Position numbers and translations under genes: made by a program
The notes under the pieces: model-generated
What the model was told of the DNA's origin: nothing
Seen by the model: only the letters and a program-made list of their open reading frames with translations
The model's database searches: none
In this document: positions 1 through 8,585 of the stretch, piece by piece
How positions within the stretch are numbered: the stretch's first letter is position 1
Layout: every line of letters starts with the position of its first letter
NCBI GenBank assembly: GCA_016186915.1
Contig: JACPKU010000004.1
Span: forward strand, 3,168-67,167
Reading direction: 5' to 3'
Source of the DNA: Candidatus Doudnabacteria bacterium
GTDB taxonomy: Bacteria; Patescibacteriota; Doudnabacteria; UBA920; O2-02-FULL-48-8
DNA: 64,000 bases

Positions 1-56
1 ATATAACCCTTTTTTTACTCTATATTTCAGGGGTTTTCCAGGCAATTCTAGGAATC

Positions 57-935
57 TTGCAATTTTACTTGCAACATAGCCTAAATCTAAAATTACTAGG
101 GGAATATGTTGCACCACTTGGAACTGCCGGGCTAGCGACTATTGGGGTTGCAGGAACAAAGATCATCCGAGCTTATGGAACGTTTCCGCATCCCAATCTT
201 TTAGGGGCGTTTCTGTTATTTTCCCTCATATCAGGATATTTTCTTGTTTCCCGTGGAACAAGGTTTACCAAATGGTTGGTCGGACTTGGGATGATCGTGC
301 TGATTAGCGGCATCTTCTATACTTTCTCAAGATCTATCTGGATTGCAGCAGGAATCTCATCAATCGTATTTCTTGGCTATTATCTCCGGGATTTTTTAAA
401 AACAGGCCAATCCAGGCTCACTTTCCTAATTTTGCTAAGTGCTGTAGTTGTTTCATGCGGGACATTAGTCTTTACCTATAAGGACCTCATAGTCTCGCGT
501 GCAACAGAGAATATTCAGGAAAGTGCGCTGGCAAGTAGAAAATTGTTCAATAAAAATGGACTGACTATTATGTCTCAAGCGCCGCTGTTAGGAGTTGGGG
601 TAGGGAATTATGTGGTGGTTGCTCAAGATTTGTTTGATTTAGAGCCGTGGCAATATCAACCAGCCCATAATGTCTTTATTTTTTTGGCTGCCGAGCTGGG
701 AGTTCTTGGAGCAGCGTTATTTGCTATTATTCTTATAGAACTTCTAAAAAATAGTTGGCAGAAGAAAAATTTTCTAACCCTTACATTATTTTTTACTGGA
801 ATAATTTTTATCCTGCTTGCCAATTTTGATCATTATTTTGCTACAATACAACAAGGCCGGCTGACTTTTTTTCTCCTTCTAGGATTGCTTGCCGCTACTA
901 ATAATCTTAATCATGACCATGCTTCACCAGACTAA
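57..935 (+). CDS. O-antigen ligase (Wzy_C/WaaL-like) family membrane protein, 5'-partial (true start is probably upstream of the window)
   Basis: RAYGTFPHPNLLG, TFSRS, GVGVGNY and QPAHNVF..AELG motifs; many hydrophobic helices. Confidence 0.85.
   Translation: MQFYLQHSLNLKLLGEYVAPLGTAGLATIGVAGTKIIRAYGTFPHPNLLGAFLLFSLISGYFLVSRGTRFTKWLVGLGMIVLISGIFYTFSRSIWIAAGISSIVFLGYYLRDFLKTGQSRLTFLILLSAVVVSCGTLVFTYKDLIVSRATENIQESALASRKLFNKNGLTIMSQAPLLGVGVGNYVVVAQDLFDLEPWQYQPAHNVFIFLAAELGVLGAALFAIILIELLKNSWQKKNFLTLTLFFTGIIFILLANFDHYFATIQQGRLTFFLLLGLLAATNNLNHDHASPD
245..260. promoter_or_regulatory. parS-like centromere site (TGTTTCCCGTGGAACA); weaker copies at 449-464 and 491-506
   Basis: Near match to the parS consensus TGTTNCACGTGAAACA; about 25 kb from dnaA/oriC. 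Confidence 0.7.
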
Positions 936-2283
936 ATCAGTTCTAAAATTTTTGGTGCCAAAATTTATTTTTCAAGCCTACTATTATTTGCTGGCTGTGG
1001 CTGGAAATTTCATTTACGGAAATCCTTCAGAAAAGCTAATTGTCATTGGCGTCACTGGCACCAACGGCAAAAGCACGACCGTAAATCTCATCGCGAAAAT
1101 TCTGCAGGACAACGGCTACAAATCCGCGCTGACTTCTACAGTAAACTTTAAAATAGGGGAGCGGGACAAACTTAATATTTACAAGATGACTATGCCGGGA
1201 AGATTTTTTCTGGCCAGGTTTTTGCATCACGCAGTCGAAGAAGATTGCAAGTTCGCTGTGATTGAAGCGTCGTCAGAAGGAATTTTGCAATATCGTAATC
1301 TCGGGATTCATTTTGACTGTATGGTGTTTACGAACTTAACTCCTGAACACATTGAAGCTCACGGAGGGTTTGAAAATTACAAACAGGCAAAGCTGAAATA
1401 CTTTGAACAGCTGCAAAACTCACCGCACAAAATCATCAATGGACAAAAAATTGCCAAGACCATCGTGGCAAACGCCGACGATCAACACAATCAAGGATTT
1501 TTAAATTTTCGAGTTGATAATAAAGTAACCTTTGGACAAAACGAACAAGCCCAAGTTCGGGGAACAAACTTTAAACACGATGAAAACGGCATTTCTTTTG
1601 AAGTCGAAGGACAAAAATTCAATCTAAAACTCAAAGGAGTATTTGATTTTTATAATGCCCTGGCCGCAATCGCAACCGCAAAAAATTATAACGTAGACTT
1701 AGTAAATTCTTATCAAGCATTAGAACGAATTGAAAATATTCCAGGCAGAGTAGAACTAATCAACGAAGGACAAAATTTTAAAATTGTAGTGGATTATGCG
1801 CCTGAACCAGAGTCGCTAAAACAGCTTTATGCCACTGTAAAAAGCTGGCCCGCCTTCGTTCTCCCAAGGCAGACTTCGGCGGGCACGTCGCACAATAAAA
1901 TAATCCATGTGCTGGGGTCCACCGGAGGAGGAAGAGATATCGCCCGCAGAAAAATTTTAGGCAAGCTGGCCGGTGAAAACGCAGATGTAGTTATTGTTAC
2001 TAACGAAGACCCTTATGACGATGACCCGCAACAAATAATTCACGACGTGGCCGACGGAGCAGTGGAAGCCGGAAAAATAATCAAAGAAAATTTATTCCGT
2101 GAACCTGATCGAAGACTGGCAATTGCCAAAGCTTTAAGCAAGGCGGAAAAAAATGATCTGGTGATCGTCACCGGCAAAGGCGCAGAACAAAAAATGGCCG
2201 TAAGCCACGGCCGTTACATTGACTGGGATGATAGGGAAGTGGTGAGAGAAGAGCTTAAAAAACTTATGGCTTCCCAACAATAA
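913..2283 (+). CDS. murE: UDP-N-acetylmuramoyl-dipeptide:amino-acid ligase (MurE family)
   Basis: GVTGTNGKST P-loop, EASS, FTNLTPEH, PGRVE, VVDYA, NEDPY and GKG motifs. Confidence 0.9.
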   Translation: MTMLHQTKSVLKFLVPKFIFQAYYYLLAVAGNFIYGNPSEKLIVIGVTGTNGKSTTVNLIAKILQDNGYKSALTSTVNFKIGERDKLNIYKMTMPGRFFLARFLHHAVEEDCKFAVIEASSEGILQYRNLGIHFDCMVFTNLTPEHIEAHGGFENYKQAKLKYFEQLQNSPHKIINGQKIAKTIVANADDQHNQGFLNFRVDNKVTFGQNEQAQVRGTNFKHDENGISFEVEGQKFNLKLKGVFDFYNALAAIATAKNYNVDLVNSYQALERIENIPGRVELINEGQNFKIVVDYAPEPESLKQLYATVKSWPAFVLPRQTSAGTSHNKIIHVLGSTGGGRDIARRKILGKLAGENADVVIVTNEDPYDDDPQQIIHDVADGAVEAGKIIKENLFREPDRRLAIAKALSKAEKNDLVIVTGKGAEQKMAVSHGRYIDWDDREVVREELKKLMASQQ

Positions 2284-2989
2284 TGATCTTTTTTTCAATC
2301 CCCAAGATAGGGTTTTTGTGTCCGGTGGGATAATCGCGGATGGCATTAAAAAAGGTTTCGTAGTTATAGCGATAATTTTCTCCTTTCCGCGTTCCCGGAT
2401 CATTGGTAATAAATTCTTGCTGCACTTCATCATAACCAACAACCACAATCATATGCCTCGGCGGGCCTGGCTGGGTGTAATTGGGATTCCCAATTATTGT
2501 TCCGTCAATTGGCGCAATCACTAACTTACCCAAAGCCAATTGTTTTTTTATCTCATCAATCGTGCTGTCGCGTGAAGTCAAGACATTGGGGTAATTGTAG
2601 TAGCGGTTGATTATCCGATCAACTGTATCCTCAACTGAAGTGTCGTGGTAGCTGCCGTACTGCTCATTTTCCCAAGCCGAAACTCTAATAATCTCATCTG
2701 TAACCCCTTGGGGTGTTAAGGTTTGATTGTTGGTCCAAGCCACAGCCATAATGACAGCTGCTTCTTCACAGCCGTCCTGAAAACGATCATCCTCCCATTG
2801 CGCGAACGGGGCTTGGGAAGTAAATGGCACGCTGATCAAAACCTGTTCAGGATAAGTTGGGGTTTGATTTTGATTCTGCGAGGTGTCTAGAAAACCTGAA
2901 AAATTATCTGTTTGGTTTTTGTAAGAAACCAAAAATAGGAGCAACGCTCCCAAGATTACAAATCCGATTGTAATAAAAATTTTTTTCAT
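2264..2989 (-). CDS. C39-like cysteine peptidase with N-terminal membrane anchor
   Basis: VPFTSQAP, QDGCEEA (Cys), HMIVVVGYD and NDPG motifs. ATG at 2989; the longer ORF-track start lies inside the tRNA. Confidence 0.85.
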   Translation of the reverse strand: MKKIFITIGFVILGALLLFLVSYKNQTDNFSGFLDTSQNQNQTPTYPEQVLISVPFTSQAPFAQWEDDRFQDGCEEAAVIMAVAWTNNQTLTPQGVTDEIIRVSAWENEQYGSYHDTSVEDTVDRIINRYYNYPNVLTSRDSTIDEIKKQLALGKLVIAPIDGTIIGNPNYTQPGPPRHMIVVVGYDEVQQEFITNDPGTRKGENYRYNYETFFNAIRDYPTGHKNPILGIEKKIIIVGKP

Positions 2990-3063
2990 TGGTGGACTTA
3001 GGCGGAATCGGACCGCCGTCTGAGCAATGCGAATGCCCCGTTCTACCACTGAACTATAAGCCC
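2990..3063 (-). tRNA. tRNA-Ala(CGC)
   Basis: Cloverleaf GGGCTTA...TAAGTCC-ACCA, G3:U70 Ala determinant, anticodon loop TTCGCAT. Confidence 0.9.
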
Positions 3064-3066
3064 TGA

Positions 3067-3249
3067 CTAAAATTTAAACAGCCGCGCGAAGAAATTATCA
3101 ATCAGACCAGTGGCTTGATCGATAAAAAACAGGACAAACAACAATGCCAGGAACAAAACATTCCAGACAAACGAGGAAATCATTTCTCTTTTCAGCTGGC
3201 GGGTTTCTTCTTCTTCGTTATGAATTGAAACTTGATTGTGTTTGGACAT
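3067..3249 (-). CDS. small membrane protein, hypothetical
   Basis: 60 aa with one hydrophobic helix; stop lies 3 nt before tRNA-Ala. Confidence 0.6.
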   Translation of the reverse strand: MSKHNQVSIHNEEEETRQLKREMISSFVWNVLFLALLFVLFFIDQATGLIDNFFARLFKF

Positions 3250-3345
3250 GATTCATTATTAATTACAGACAAATTATAGCTTACTCGGGGGATTTCTCAA
3301 AGTTGGGAACTTGATATATAATGGTTACATTATTAGTCTTTTCCA

Positions 3346-3810
3346 ATGAATCCTACTTATTTACTTTATGGCTCTGCAATTCTTTCTGTCGTCTTGCTGA
3401 CTGCTATTATCTGGCTTACCTACAAACTTTACCAGTTGGATCAGGTCAGAAAACAATTTTTCTCCTCCCCTCTAAAAAAGGATTTGGAGCAAGTTTTGGT
3501 GGATCAAAACCGGCTGCTGACCAAAACCGTCAAGGACCTCTCTGGCCTTGCCGAAGAACTCACTGACCTTTCGATTCTTAATAAAAATAATTTTCAAAAA
3601 ATTGGAGTGGTGAGATTTAACCCGTTTGATGACGCGGGAGGAAATATGAGTTTTGCCTTGGCCATTCTCAATCATCACAATGACGGCGTGGTGGTTTCGT
3701 CGCTCCATGGACGCGAGGGAACCAGAATTTATGCCAAATCAATCAAAGCCGGGGCTTCGGAACACAAACTAACTGAGGAAGAAGCAGAGGCGATAAAAAG
3801 CGCTACTTAA
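3346..3810 (+). CDS. DUF4446 family protein
   Basis: N-terminal TM, QKIGVVRFNPF.DAGG.MSFALA, SLHGREGTRIYAK. Confidence 0.85.
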   Translation: MNPTYLLYGSAILSVVLLTAIIWLTYKLYQLDQVRKQFFSSPLKKDLEQVLVDQNRLLTKTVKDLSGLAEELTDLSILNKNNFQKIGVVRFNPFDDAGGNMSFALAILNHHNDGVVVSSLHGREGTRIYAKSIKAGASEHKLTEEEAEAIKSAT

Positions 3811-3873
3811 TTAATAATTTCTAGTGAGCAAAGCTACTACAAACTACTCACTACTAACTACCAACTAATTTAT

Positions 3874-4245
3874 ATGGCTAGACAACAAGAACAACCAGAA
3901 ACAATCGTGGCGAGCGGGATGCGGATCGAGGGAGAACTGAAAAGCAACGGCAACATCCGGATTGACGGCGTGGTTGCCGGTAAAATTCAAACGGCGCACG
4001 ACATTATGGTCGGAGGAACAGCCCAGATTGACGCGGACATTAATGCGGAAAACGCCGTGGTTGCCGGGGTGGTTGCCGGCAACATCACGGTGAAGGGTTC
4101 AATTTTGATTATGGAAACAGGCAAGGTTGCCGGCAACATTAGCTGTGCTAATCTAGGCATCAGAGAAGGCGCTATCTTTTCTGGAAATTGCAAGATGAGC
4201 GAACAAAAACAAGTCGATCTTCAAAGTGAAGAAGAACAAGAGTAA
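3874..4245 (+). CDS. bactofilin / polymer-forming cytoskeletal protein
   Basis: TIVASGMRIEGEL..IRIDG..G.I beta-helix repeats; EGAIFSGNC. Confidence 0.9.
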   Translation: MARQQEQPETIVASGMRIEGELKSNGNIRIDGVVAGKIQTAHDIMVGGTAQIDADINAENAVVAGVVAGNITVKGSILIMETGKVAGNISCANLGIREGAIFSGNCKMSEQKQVDLQSEEEQE

Positions 4246-5114
4246 TGTACTATTACATCGTTGATCCGAAAAATCTAAGTCAACGGCAATTTGAAAGAGT
4301 ACAGAACCAGCTGTACTCTTCTCTTTCTGAATTCAGAATCAGCGGCGAAGTTTCCAGAGTAACCGCGCTCCGGTCTGCGGCTCAGCTGGTTCTGTCAGCC
4401 GAGAGCCATAGAGCGAAAAATATTATTGCGGTAGGAAGTGACGATACACTGCACGACGTAGTTAACGCTGTGCCTGATGATGAAGAAATAACGATTGGGT
4501 TCATCCCTCTTCAACCTTCTAGTTTTGGCAATATGCTGGGCATAAACTCGATATCCAGTGCTGTAAAAACCATAGCCGCCCGCCGCACCATACTGCTTGA
4601 CCTTGGCAGTGTAATACAGACAAAAGTCAACCAGAAAACTTTGTTTTTGAAAAACCTGACTTTTGGCATGGAATTAAAAAGTGATTTAAACAAAGGCAAC
4701 TTATACAGCTTTAAACTTATCAGCCAACTATTTAACCTACCTAACATTGAAGTAAATTTTATAGGCGATAGAAAATTTCAAGGGACAAATACGCTGTTGG
4801 GCGGTGTTGTTTTCAACAGCCGAGATCAAGCATGCGGAAGCAGTTTTGTAAATCCGGCTGACGGCGTGCTTGATGTGCTGCTCCTGCCAAAACTAAGCAA
4901 GTATCAAATTTTCAAATATCGCAAACATCTTTTGAGTGAATGTTTGGAAAACATCCCTGGCGTTTCTATCTTACATTTAAAAAAATTGGAAATTTTAGGA
5001 CCAGAGGGATTGACGCTTCGAGTAGGCACACGCGTATTAGCCAAGGCTCCGGCCACTATCCAAATCGAACCTCGGAAACTTAAAATCATCGCCGGCCGAG
5101 AACGAATGTTTTAA
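4245..5114 (+). CDS. diacylglycerol-kinase-like (DAGKc/YegS fold) protein, divergent
   Basis: IAVGSDDTLHDVVN (GGDGT-like), GFIP, NPADGVLDV. Confidence 0.7.
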   Translation: MYYYIVDPKNLSQRQFERVQNQLYSSLSEFRISGEVSRVTALRSAAQLVLSAESHRAKNIIAVGSDDTLHDVVNAVPDDEEITIGFIPLQPSSFGNMLGINSISSAVKTIAARRTILLDLGSVIQTKVNQKTLFLKNLTFGMELKSDLNKGNLYSFKLISQLFNLPNIEVNFIGDRKFQGTNTLLGGVVFNSRDQACGSSFVNPADGVLDVLLLPKLSKYQIFKYRKHLLSECLENIPGVSILHLKKLEILGPEGLTLRVGTRVLAKAPATIQIEPRKLKIIAGRERMF

Positions 5115-5150
5115 AGAAAAAATCCGACTATTTAGTCGGATTTTTTCTTT
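5115..5150. terminator. bidirectional intrinsic terminator
   Basis: AAGAAAAAATCCGACTA-TT-TAGTCGGATTTTTTCTT between convergent units. Confidence 0.8.
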
Positions 5151-5168
5151 GTCGAACGTTAGACGTTC

Positions 5169-5242
5169 TGGAGCGGGTAACGGGAATTGAACCCGTCTCT
5201 CCTCCTTGGCAAGGAGGTGTAATACCGCTATACCATACCCGC
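5169..5242 (-). tRNA. tRNA-Gly(GCC)
   Basis: GCGGGTA...TACCCGC-TCCA, anticodon arm CCTCC-TTGCCAA-GGAGG. Confidence 0.95.
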
Positions 5243-5247
5243 ATTTT

Positions 5248-5322
5248 TGGTGCCGGAGATCAGAATCGAACTGATGACACGTCGCTCTTCAGGCGACTGC
5301 TCTACCACTGAGCTACTCCGGC
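5248..5322 (-). tRNA. tRNA-Phe(GAA)
   Basis: GCCGGAG...CTCCGGC-ACCA, anticodon loop CTGAAGA. Confidence 0.95.
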
Positions 5323-6005
5323 GCAATCCTTGGTTTTTGCAAGTATGCGTAACCTATTAACTTATCCTGCTCCAACGCGATCTTTATTTTAAAATACTTT
5401 CGACTCAAAAACAAGAGGTCTTTTCTGTGATACATCACATTAAAAATTTTTCTAGAATCTCCTTTCGTATATTCAAGATTTGATACTCCAACCCCCTTAT
5501 GAACAGAGCCTGTTAATCCGTAAAGTCTTTTCAATTCTGTCCTAAGCCATTTAATAAAATCGGGACTCGCAGAAGCAAATGATGTTTTAAATCCAAAACT
5601 TTTAGGCCATCTTTTATCCCAGAATGTATAAAATGTTCCATCTCCGTCAAATAAACCTCTTAAAAAGTCAGGAAAATATCTGTCAGGTATATCAATTTGT
5701 TTTATCGTCTTTGACTTTGCAACAGTTAAACCTATAGAATTTAAAAACTGATAAAATATTTTATCTCCAAACTGTACGAATAAATATTTCTTGTCAGTTT
5801 CTCCGCCTCTTACATGAGCGATGGTTTTATTACTTATTAAAAGGGCTCTCTTAAACTTATTAATCAATTCGATTTCTTTAGAACTAAATCCAATATGACG
5901 CTGATCTTTATGCAACCATCCGTCCGAAGTAATAAGACCGATTGCATAAGCAAAGTCCGAACTCCATTCAATTTTAACTTTTTGTTTAAATCGGCGGCTA
6001 ATCAT
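5313..6005 (-). CDS. free-standing double-motif LAGLIDADG homing endonuclease
   Basis: AYAIGLITSDG and DFLRGLFDGDG motifs; AT-rich; lies inside the tRNA cluster. Confidence 0.85.
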   Translation of the reverse strand: MISRRFKQKVKIEWSSDFAYAIGLITSDGWLHKDQRHIGFSSKEIELINKFKRALLISNKTIAHVRGGETDKKYLFVQFGDKIFYQFLNSIGLTVAKSKTIKQIDIPDRYFPDFLRGLFDGDGTFYTFWDKRWPKSFGFKTSFASASPDFIKWLRTELKRLYGLTGSVHKGVGVSNLEYTKGDSRKIFNVMYHRKDLLFLSRKYFKIKIALEQDKLIGYAYLQKPRIAPE

Positions 6006-6061
6006 AAAAAGATTGCCGCCTTAATTAATATTATTTTAGCGTGTTTGATAGAACTTTTCAA

Positions 6062-6138
6062 TGGTGGACGCTGAAGGATTCGAACCTTCGGCCTTCGCAG
6101 TGTAAATGCGACGCTCTAACCAGCTGAGCTAAGCGTCC
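6062..6138 (-). tRNA. tRNA-Val(TAC)
   Basis: GGACGCT...AGCGTCC-ACCA, TCGCA-TTTACAC-TGCGA. Confidence 0.95.
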
Positions 6139-6140
6139 TC

Positions 6141-6227
6141 TGGTGGGCACGGAGGGAGTCGAACCCTCAATCCTTTACAGGCGCATCCACCTCAAGGATG
6201 TGCGTATTCCAGTTCCGCCACGTGCCC
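6141..6227 (-). tRNA. tRNA-Leu(GAG)
   Basis: GGGCACG...CGTGCCC-ACCA, CATCC-TTGAGGT-GGATG, long variable arm. Confidence 0.95.
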
Positions 6228-6264
6228 TTTAAAGCATAGATAATTTTACCACCTCGTTTTAGTA

Positions 6265-6293
6265 TTGACAAGACACCCATTTTGTGCTAAGAT
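6265..6293 (+). promoter_or_regulatory. sigma70-type promoter
   Basis: TTGACA-17-TAAGAT with extended -10 TG. Confidence 0.7.
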
Positions 6294-6444
6294 ATGGTGT
6301 TTGTTCTTTAAAATTGTTTTGGTCGCGAAGCGGTGCTGGTTTTAGAATTGAGATAATCGATGCTAGTATCAGCGCTGTTTCCGATGAACGGAACAGTGTT
6401 CCGGCATTGCGGTAGCCAATCCGCAGTGCATTTTAGGAGGAAGG

Positions 6445-7023
6445 ATGGAGTTTAAGAAGTTCATGGTGTCCATCAACGTCAGCGATGACAAGATGGACGA
6501 GCTCGTGCGGGCCGGGTTCCCCACGCAGCGTCCGACGTTCGCGGACATGCGTGCCCGCCGGCTGGCCCATGTCGAAGCGGCAGAATCGATTGGCCGCGAC
6601 GCCTTACGGCTGGACCGCGTCGATGACCTCGGCGAGATCCCTGACAGCGGGCGCGTGGTCTTCACGCGCGAAGGCCAGGAGAAAGTGTCCTTTGCCCAAG
6701 TGGCGAAGGACGCCAAGAAGCTCGGCTTCGCGATGAGCGCGGCCTACGTCGAGAAGGCCCCGGGCAAGTCGGCGCGTCTGCGGATCTGGTGGGAACGCGG
6801 CGAGGAAGCCGTGCCGGTTGAACCGACAGGTGCAATGCGCTTCCACCTGGACGGAATGTTGAAGAGGGCGTATCAGCACCTGTATGCCTTCGACAACCGG
6901 GACACGGATGGGTCGTTCACGTTCAACGCGTCGCACACGATGGACGAGAATGCCCGCCGTGGCGTGCGCGACCTGCGCATCGGGGAAGGCCGCATGGCCT
7001 GCCTCCTGCGCGAGGACGCGTAG
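6445..7023 (+). CDS. GC-rich orphan hypothetical protein
   Basis: AGGAGG SD before ATG, GC3-rich codons, own promoter and terminator. Confidence 0.75.
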   Translation: MEFKKFMVSINVSDDKMDELVRAGFPTQRPTFADMRARRLAHVEAAESIGRDALRLDRVDDLGEIPDSGRVVFTREGQEKVSFAQVAKDAKKLGFAMSAAYVEKAPGKSARLRIWWERGEEAVPVEPTGAMRFHLDGMLKRAYQHLYAFDNRDTDGSFTFNASHTMDENARRGVRDLRIGEGRMACLLREDA

Positions 7024-7061
7024 CGACAACTTCGACTCCAATCAGGGGAGGGGGTGAGATA

Positions 7062-7092
7062 AAGAGCCTTAGCAGCAATTGCTAGGGCTCTT
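7062..7092. terminator. intrinsic terminator hairpin
   Basis: AAGAGCCTTAGCA-GCAAT-TGCTAGGGCTCTT. Confidence 0.7.
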
Positions 7093-7113
7093 ATTAGTTT
7101 ACGGATTATTTAA

Positions 7114-8529
7114 CTAAAAAATTTTATCTTCTTTTGAAACGATTGCTCCTTTAAATCTATCAAATACTGATTTCAACGTTCCCATATTCAATACTTCCTT
7201 TAAATCGTAAGTTTGTTTTTTTACCCAGGAAGGAAGCGGTTTATATTCGATCAAAGTAAATATATGAGCCAAAAAAGTGGTTGCGTAGCTGCCCTTAGGT
7301 AAGTCAAAACTAATAGCGAGTCCTTCAGGAAGCACCTTGTATTTTTGGATTTTTACTTTCACTTTTGTGGGGAGTTTAGGATCACCAAATCTAATAAAAT
7401 CGAAACGCCTAAGTGATCGCTGAAAATCTAAAGGAATTTTGTCCTTCTCTAGAAAAGTCTTATAAAGTTGTTTTGCTCCAGGGTTACTGCTCAAAGCAAG
7501 TGGAATAAATTCCTGAAATCCTATATGTTTTATGGCCATGAGTGACAATACCTTATTCGCCAAATAACTTGTATAAGCATAAACCCAAAGTTTGATTTGA
7601 TCTGGCATAGTCCTAAAAGCACTGACGTAATCTGATCGAAACTCTCTTAACGAATCCAACATTTGTAATTCATATCGAAATGTATAAGGATAGGGACTAT
7701 AAATTTTCTTCATTTCATTCCATTTACCAAAAGCCCCAGCGGCAGCTTGTCGCACTGATACAAAGAATGGAAGATCAAATTCACCGGGATCACAAAGATA
7801 CGAACGCAGGGCCTTTTCGTACTTTCCTTGTAATAGACAAAGTCCCCACCAATGAGTTAAGGTACGATTACCAAATCTTTGAAACCAATAGTAGTTCCAG
7901 AATCCTACTTTACTAATCTGTTCTAGTTTTTCTTTTATCTGATCTTCCTGCAATTCCCGTTCTGTTCTTATAAAAATTATAAACCGATTACCCCACAGCC
8001 CTCCTGTTTTTATGTGTTCGCTTGTGTATCTAAAATTTCTTAAAAAGAAATTAATAGCTTTGTGTGCTAAGACCGCTTCTGGCTTAACCCCGCTCATGGT
8101 TATAGTCTGCGCTGTTATCGCTTCTGCGTCCTTAATCCCTGCGCTCCCGACTTGTCTTTCTTTAATTTTTAAATTCGAACTCAAATCTTTTATTACTTCT
8201 AAAGTAGAAATTCCAACCTTTACCAAATCCGCGGCAATAAACGGTGTAGCGGCTCCTTGAATATTATCCGACGACTGATACTCAACACTGGCATAGTTAT
8301 TATCAGAAATAATTTCTTCTACAATAAAATCTAACGGCGACAACTTAATAAAACCCTGAGGTAAATTATCATCAGGGATTACAATTCCTATCTTTTTTAG
8401 GACACCTAGATTGTCAATTCTGGACTTTTTCTTGAATAATTCTGGGTACTGTACTAGTTGCTCGCTAAGAGCCTCTTGTTCTTTCTTCCACAAAGAAAAA
8501 GTATCCTGTCCATTGAGTTCCATAGGCAA
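7114..8529 (-). CDS. truD: tRNA pseudouridine(13) synthase
   Basis: DFIVEEI, AGIKD..AITAQ, GNRF, NYYW.QRFG and F.LPKGSYAT motifs. Confidence 0.9.
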   Translation of the reverse strand: MPMELNGQDTFSLWKKEQEALSEQLVQYPELFKKKSRIDNLGVLKKIGIVIPDDNLPQGFIKLSPLDFIVEEIISDNNYASVEYQSSDNIQGAATPFIAADLVKVGISTLEVIKDLSSNLKIKERQVGSAGIKDAEAITAQTITMSGVKPEAVLAHKAINFFLRNFRYTSEHIKTGGLWGNRFIIFIRTERELQEDQIKEKLEQISKVGFWNYYWFQRFGNRTLTHWWGLCLLQGKYEKALRSYLCDPGEFDLPFFVSVRQAAAGAFGKWNEMKKIYSPYPYTFRYELQMLDSLREFRSDYVSAFRTMPDQIKLWVYAYTSYLANKVLSLMAIKHIGFQEFIPLALSSNPGAKQLYKTFLEKDKIPLDFQRSLRRFDFIRFGDPKLPTKVKVKIQKYKVLPEGLAISFDLPKGSYATTFLAHIFTLIEYKPLPSWVKKQTYDLKEVLNMGTLKSVFDRFKGAIVSKEDKIF

Positions 8530-8551
8530 AGTATACCCTACCTTTTAACCC

Positions 8552-8580
8552 TTGACAAAAGGGCGGTTTTGTGCTAACAT
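8552..8580 (+). promoter_or_regulatory. sigma70-type promoter
   Basis: TTGACA-17-TAACAT with extended -10 TG. Confidence 0.7.
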
Positions 8581-8585
8581 GGCTA

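Noticed and set aside
2990-3049. N-terminal extension MVERGIRIAQ... of the 2264-3049 ORF
   Set aside because: It is the tRNA-Ala sequence read as codons; the ATG at 2989 begins a normal signal anchor
5169-6227. Group I intron in a tRNA hosting the LAGLIDADG ORF
   Set aside because: All four tRNAs are contiguous and complete, and the short flanks leave no room for a ribozyme core
6369-7041. Overlapping ORFs 6369-6716(-), 6485-6736(+) and 6604-7041(-)
   Set aside because: Shadow ORFs of a GC-rich gene; only 6445-7023 has an SD, promoter and terminator
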